Assembly: GCA_007130145.1 (NCBI GenBank)
Contig: SLSY01000086.1
Span: 1 to 48,929 of the forward strand
Length of the DNA: 48,929 bases
Direction of reading: 5' to 3'
Origin: Bacillota bacterium
Lineage (GTDB): Bacteria; Bacillota; Sulfobacillia; UBA8153
Made by a program: the position numbers and the translations under genes. This document shows positions 45,020 through 48,929 of this stretch, piece after piece. How positions within the stretch are numbered: position 1 is the first letter of the stretch; each line of letters begins with the position of its first letter. The notes under the pieces were generated by a model. That model was not told the DNA's origin and did no database searches. It was given only the letters and a program-made list of their open reading frames with translations.

Positions 45020-45111
45020 AGCCGTCCTCCTGAATTGAACTAGTTTTGTCATGCATTGCATGGGTCCTGCCGCTGCCCGTATATCCGGGCCTCCGTCAGG
45101 GAGCAAACGTC

Positions 45112-45567
45112 TTACTCTCGACCTTTGCTGAAAAAAAGCAATCGCAAGGTTGTACCCTTGTCCACAACCGAATCAAGGTGCATTTGATCGACACAACGCT
45201 TAATGTTGGTCAGCCCCATGCCCGCCCCGAACCCCATTTCCCGCACGTGCGTCGGGGCCGTCGAGTATCCATCCTGCATCGCCAAATCAATATCTGGAAT
45301 GCCTGGCCCCTCATCCTCAACGCATATTTCTATGCGCTCCGGACCAATCTTCGCCACCAAGCATCCGCGGTGCGCGTGAATCACCACATTGATTTCGGCT
45401 TCATAGGTTGCGCTGGCTACACGTCTAATCATATCCGCCGGCATGCCCAGTTGCGTCATAGTGCGCTTGATTCCTGTCGCCGCTTCCCCGGCCGTTGTGA
45501 AATCCATTCCCTTGATTCTAAACTCCAGTACGATACGGGAATCATTGTTCGGTCGGGCGTCATTCAC
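45112..45567 (-). CDS. RsbW/SpoIIAB-like GHKL serine-protein-kinase (anti-sigma-factor-like)
   Basis: 151 aa with AGEAATGIK, N-box YEAEINVVIHA, G1 VEDEGPGIPD and G2 GFGAGMGLTNIKR. Confidence 0.8.
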   Translation of the reverse strand: MNDARPNNDSRIVLEFRIKGMDFTTAGEAATGIKRTMTQLGMPADMIRRVASATYEAEINVVIHAHRGCLVAKIGPERIEICVEDEGPGIPDIDLAMQDGYSTAPTHVREMGFGAGMGLTNIKRCVDQMHLDSVVDKGTTLRLLFFSKGRE

Positions 45568-45593
45568 CCCTTACTCACTCCTGTTCAGGCCAT

Positions 45594-46148
45594 TCACGAA
45601 TTACAACCGGGAAGACCCGCTTTATAGAGTAAACCACAGCTCGTGTACAGCAAGTGGTCGGTGGCAAGCAGAGGTAAACCGCGCTCAGCTGCCATTTCCA
45701 GCACCTTTTCAGACGGGAGTGGACGCTTGCCCCTGACGAACACGACGGCACTGGCATCAATGATATACGCACTGTGAATCACTTGGACGTTCGTCAACCC
45801 GGTCAAAAGGACAACACCGGGCTTGCCAAAGGTCAAGAAGTCGCTCATCATGTCGCAACCAAAGGCCGACTCAACCACCAGTTCCTTGTGCTCCTCGCCG
45901 GTCAAGAAGGTAGCATCAAGCAACTCCTGTATCTGACCTAGTTTAATGGGTCTCAACCTCCTGGTCTTGGTAATCCATAATGTCTGTGCAACCAATAATA
46001 CATTCAGCACGCGCCAAGGTATTTCCTGCCCTTCCAACCCACTTGTCGGAGAACTATTTGGTTTTCGCATGAATAAGCGGCATAAGCGGATCAAAATATG
46101 GGCCAGAGGGCGTGAGACGGCATGTGAAGTAGAATATCCAACCGTCAT
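45594..46148 (-). CDS. DRTGG-domain protein, true start probably near 45945
   Basis: The C-terminal roughly 115 aa are DRTGG-like (CDMMSDFLTFGKPGVVLLTG, AVVFVRGKRPLPSEKVLEMAAERGLPLLAT). The N-terminal roughly 65 aa of the ORF look non-protein-like. AGGAGG sits at about 45954-45959. Confidence 0.7.
   Translation of the reverse strand: MTVGYSTSHAVSRPLAHILIRLCRLFMRKPNSSPTSGLEGQEIPWRVLNVLLVAQTLWITKTRRLRPIKLGQIQELLDATFLTGEEHKELVVESAFGCDMMSDFLTFGKPGVVLLTGLTNVQVIHSAYIIDASAVVFVRGKRPLPSEKVLEMAAERGLPLLATDHLLYTSCGLLYKAGLPGCNS
46073..46089. repeat. Tandem ATAAGCGG-N1-ATAAGCGG upstream of the hyd/stn-like operon
   Basis: Read directly from the sequence, with a period of 9 nt. It lies in the probable untranslated region upstream of the first DRTGG gene. 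Confidence 0.5.
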
Positions 46149-46330
46149 GGTAGTTTTACCCCCTCGCGCGCCCCAGACCCTCTACCGCTGAGACAACGTT
46201 TCAAAAGCAGGATTATGCCACAATAAGGGCGAAGGATTGACTTTGTGGTACGTAGCGAGCCCATGTGACGAGGGTAATCGCTCTTCGAGCTGAATGGTAT
46301 AGCATTGGGTGGGGACGGTGAGTCACCGGC

Positions 46331-46702
46331 ATGCTCGGCAATATCATCAGGCAATACCGCATGGATAAAGGCCTTTCACTGCGTGCATTTGCTTCTAGAT
46401 GTGGACTGAGTCACAGTTACGTAGACATGCTCGAGAAGGGACACGACCCTCGCAACGGTCAATCGCCCCGGCCGAGTATAGACACCCTGATCGCGCTGGC
46501 CAAGGGGCTGGAAATTGAGGCGCGTGAACTGATGGCCCATGCGGACCACCTGTCGTCGGCAGAACGACAAGACATTGAGTCCTTCGCCATTGCGTACAGA
46601 GAAGACCCCCTGTCCGATCTTCCTGAGCATGCACGTCTTTGTGTCGAACGATTCATCCAAAGAATGCGGCATAAATACGGGGTAAAGGAAACACGCGACT
46701 GA
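46331..46702 (+). CDS. XRE-family helix-turn-helix transcriptional regulator
   Basis: IIRQYRMDKGLSLRAFASRCGLSHSYVDMLEKG is a Cro/C1-type HTH. The palindrome CGGTGAgTCACCG (46316-46328) lies just before the ATG. Confidence 0.8.
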   Translation: MLGNIIRQYRMDKGLSLRAFASRCGLSHSYVDMLEKGHDPRNGQSPRPSIDTLIALAKGLEIEARELMAHADHLSSAERQDIESFAIAYREDPLSDLPEHARLCVERFIQRMRHKYGVKETRD

Positions 46703-46964
46703 GGCCCGCAGGCTTACCCATCACAGCCCCTTGCGTTTCGTCCTAAGCGCACCTCCTCCGCTTTTCCTGCCGCATAGGAATGTATCTTCTCGATCCATAA
46801 AGACAGGTTTGGCAGCAGGCAGGGCGGAGAGTAGCACGCGTATCATTCGGCTCTGGAGCAGTTTGCCGAGGATCCGGTCTGGCAGCTTGCATGCGCCCTT
46901 ACTTATATGCAACGACAAATACACCCACGGAGGACCAGACTACCAAAGTCTCTGCATCACGTTC

Positions 46965-47507
46965 TCACTCATCCCTTAGTCTCTCCACAGCGTTCATGAG
47001 CGCTACCGTGTCTATACCGGTGCCATAAATCACATAGTTGCCGCCGTTGAGCTGGATGGTCTTAGCATCGGCGAAGATCACAAGAAACGTATCCTCCTTG
47101 TCGGGCGCTGCAAAATCAAAGGATAACTCGAGGCGGTCGGGCTTCTCCAATTCGGCGCGGAAGTAATACATTCCACCTGCATTAATGCGCCTCCTCATAT
47201 GATGGTTGGAGAGTGCCCCCGTGACCTTACCAATGAACGCCTCATCGGTTACATCGTGTATGGTCAATGACTCCCTCTGCATGGGCAATGAAGCATCCGA
47301 TTGATAGTACGTGTCCATCGTTATTGATATACTGGATATGTCACTTGCCGAAAACCCATAAATACCCGTGGCACGCTCCAAACTTCTTGGATACATGAAG
47401 AACGTCAAGACTGATAAAAGCACAATAGGCACAAGCAATACGAACCGGTTCTCCTTCAACCTCACGAGCATGAACCCATTCTCTCCCTTCGCGAGCCACT
47501 TCATCAC
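46965..47507 (-). CDS. Hypothetical membrane-anchored protein
   Basis: A single N-terminal hydrophobic segment (FVLLVPIVLLSVLTFFM) is followed by a roughly 140-aa soluble domain with balanced composition. I recognise no motif. Confidence 0.5.
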   Translation of the reverse strand: MMKWLAKGENGFMLVRLKENRFVLLVPIVLLSVLTFFMYPRSLERATGIYGFSASDISSISITMDTYYQSDASLPMQRESLTIHDVTDEAFIGKVTGALSNHHMRRRINAGGMYYFRAELEKPDRLELSFDFAAPDKEDTFLVIFADAKTIQLNGGNYVIYGTGIDTVALMNAVERLRDE

Positions 47508-48453
47508 CTACTACTATCAGTTCACTTCTCCATCGTCACTGACTCTGCCACCGGAATACCAAGCCTCGTTCTCTTCTTTTGTTTGGCATGAGTGAAAACC
47601 CACTCGATCTTGCCTGGACACAGTCCCCTATACGGGACGTCTAGCAAAGGCTTTTGTTCCTACCAGCCAAACACGCTCCACAAAGAATCAACACCGATCT
47701 TGACATCCAAAGACAAATCATGTGCCGGCATCAATGGTCAGCACCTATGATTGGTCCTTAATGCACGAGCCCTATCGCCATCCAGAGAGACCGAGAACTG
47801 GCGCTGCATTCCCTTTTGGCTGCGAGAGCTACTCACCGATTCACGACTGCGCCCTACGGCCCTACCATTGGCGATTTGGCTCTTCGGAGCATAACCGGCT
47901 CTTCCTCCCTGCCCTGAGCCATGTAACGCCGGGAATCATCACAGGAGGTGCGTTTGCTGTGGTCTCTTATCACAACCACAGCTCTCTTCTGTCTACCACA
48001 TTCCTTTCCACTGCAATGTCTCACCCACCCCATCCTCGGCATGCCTGTAGGTGCCTCTCAGCGTTCCACACAGCTGGAGAAACCCCAAAGGTGTTCTGCC
48101 CCGTCCCAAAGGCCCGGAGGATGCCCACGCCCAAGGCGATTGGCTACTTGATTATCTTGCTTCGATATAAAAAATGTGCGTCAAGACTTGATTGCAGGTA
48201 ACCCACCCGTGCAGCTCTCGCAGAGTCATTTGTGCCATATAAATGAGGCATGGAGCAACCAAACGGGGGAACGCGAGGCATTTGCTGCTATTCCTCTTGT
48301 TGGTTACACTCACCTTGCTTCTTCTTGGCAGAAGACGGTTGCGAAAGAACTCCGCTCCCCGCCTGATGGCCGCAGCTCGGGTGGCTTGTGTCATTTCTAT
48401 GATCCTCTACCCGGCGGCAGCCTTCGAACCAACAATGAGGGGCCTGTTCATAG

Positions 48454-48702
48454 GAGGATATTGTATTCCCAGGTCTACTCCCCTTCTTCATCGGGGCCGA
48501 TCTCCTCGTGGGGCTGGGGCGAATTCACTTCATGGGCGTTCTTCTCAAACCGCTAATGCGCCCCGTTTTCCGGGTCCTGGGACGTCCCATTGGTTCGGTC
48601 TCGACAGCGCGCCGTCGCCGCGAAAGGATGTGCACCAAGGCCGAGGCCGAGCGGCTCTTGTATTTTCCTACCTCTTGCTCATTGGAACTCCTCTCGGTCT
48701 AA
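48454..48702 (+). pseudogene. Possible fragment of a nucleoside-recognition (Gate)/YjiH-YlbJ-like membrane protein
   Basis: The frame reads LLPFFIGADLLVGLGRIHFMGVLLKPLMRPVFRVLGRP, which resembles the N-terminal region of Gate-domain proteins. It then degenerates into an Arg-rich stretch. There is no plausible start after the in-frame stop at 48451, and a membrane-like continuation appears in another frame. Confidence 0.3.
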
Positions 48703-48728
48703 TGAACATAGAGCCATCAAAACGAGCC

Positions 48729-48929
48729 TCACCATTCGTCCTGCCAGATCACTACTCCGTCTTCATCCAGGGCTTTGAACTCGAGATGTTCAATAGGCTG
48801 CACATTGCCCGGTCTGCCCTGTGGTCTTCTGATAACAGCAAATTCCGAGCCAGAGATCTCAAAAGACTGCTCATCTACTGCAACGACGATTTGCTGCACT
48901 TGCGCGCAATTGCTCCACACCACGATGTA
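48729..48929 (-). CDS. 3' end of a hypothetical gene running off the window edge
   Basis: The frame is open to nt 48929. The composition is balanced (…VVAVDEQSFEISGSEFAVIRRPQG…WQDEW). I see no recognisable motif. Confidence 0.3.
   Translation of the reverse strand, partial: YIVVWSNCAQVQQIVVAVDEQSFEISGSEFAVIRRPQGRPGNVQPIEHLEFKALDEDGVVIWQDEW

Noticed and set aside
47722-48201. 159-aa + strand ORF in the right-end gap
   Set aside because: Its Pro/His/Arg/Cys-rich composition is unlike real proteins. It has no RBS, it starts at GTG, and it is overlapped by equally poor ORFs on both strands.
48152-48394. 80-aa minus-strand ORF with an AGAGGA-like RBS
   Set aside because: It is highly basic, has no recognisable fold or motif, and sits in decayed-looking DNA. 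It cannot be supported from sequence alone, and I mention it only as a possible remnant.
1-48929. Search by eye for CRISPR arrays, tRNA, rRNA, tmRNA, RNase P or SRP RNA signatures, and in-frame TGA (selenocysteine) in the redox genes
   Set aside because: I saw no spaced direct repeats, no cloverleaf-sized conserved segments in the intergenic gaps, and no conserved RNA signature strings. All redox ORFs are uninterrupted. A covariance-model scan would be needed to be definitive.

Overview
This 48.9-kb window looks like a Bacillota (Clostridia-like, moderately GC-rich by eye) chromosome. From about 1.4 kb to 46.1 kb every convincing gene but one lies on the minus strand. In transcription order (high to low coordinates) the window holds four parts. 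(1) A ten-gene, stop/start-overlapping operon runs DRTGG protein, RsbW-like GHKL kinase, PAS-less HydS-type sensory [FeFe]-hydrogenase homologue, DRTGG protein, PHP phosphoesterase, NuoE-like, stand-alone GHKL ATPase, Trx-like [2Fe-2S], a 1020-aa NuoF::GltD fusion, and a HydA-like subunit whose H-cluster motif L1 reads TSCSP instead of TSCCP. (2) A classic Bacillus-type core block follows: ylbL-yceD-rpmF, fapR-plsX-fabH-degV-fabD-fabG-acpP-fabF, rnc, smc-ftsY, ylxM-ffh-rpsP-KH-ylqD-rimM-trmD-rplS-lepB-rbgA-rnhB. (3) Next come an apparently orphan ferredoxin-fused EtfBA pair, a heterodimeric ABC exporter with one degenerate ATP site, and topA-trmFO-xerC-hslVU-codY. (4) An IS4/IS1634-like transposase is cut by the left window edge. 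The right end (46.3-48.9 kb) is accessory-looking: an XRE regulator, a membrane-anchored hypothetical protein, and about 1.2 kb of coding-poor, apparently decayed DNA. I found no rRNA, tRNA or CRISPR. The best candidate for an undescribed system is the sensory and phospho-signalling module fused to the HydABC/Stn-like complex at 36.3-46.1 kb. All functional calls rest on motif recognition in the supplied translations, with no database search. Many starts were re-placed by hand from RBS and homology logic and should be treated as approximate.
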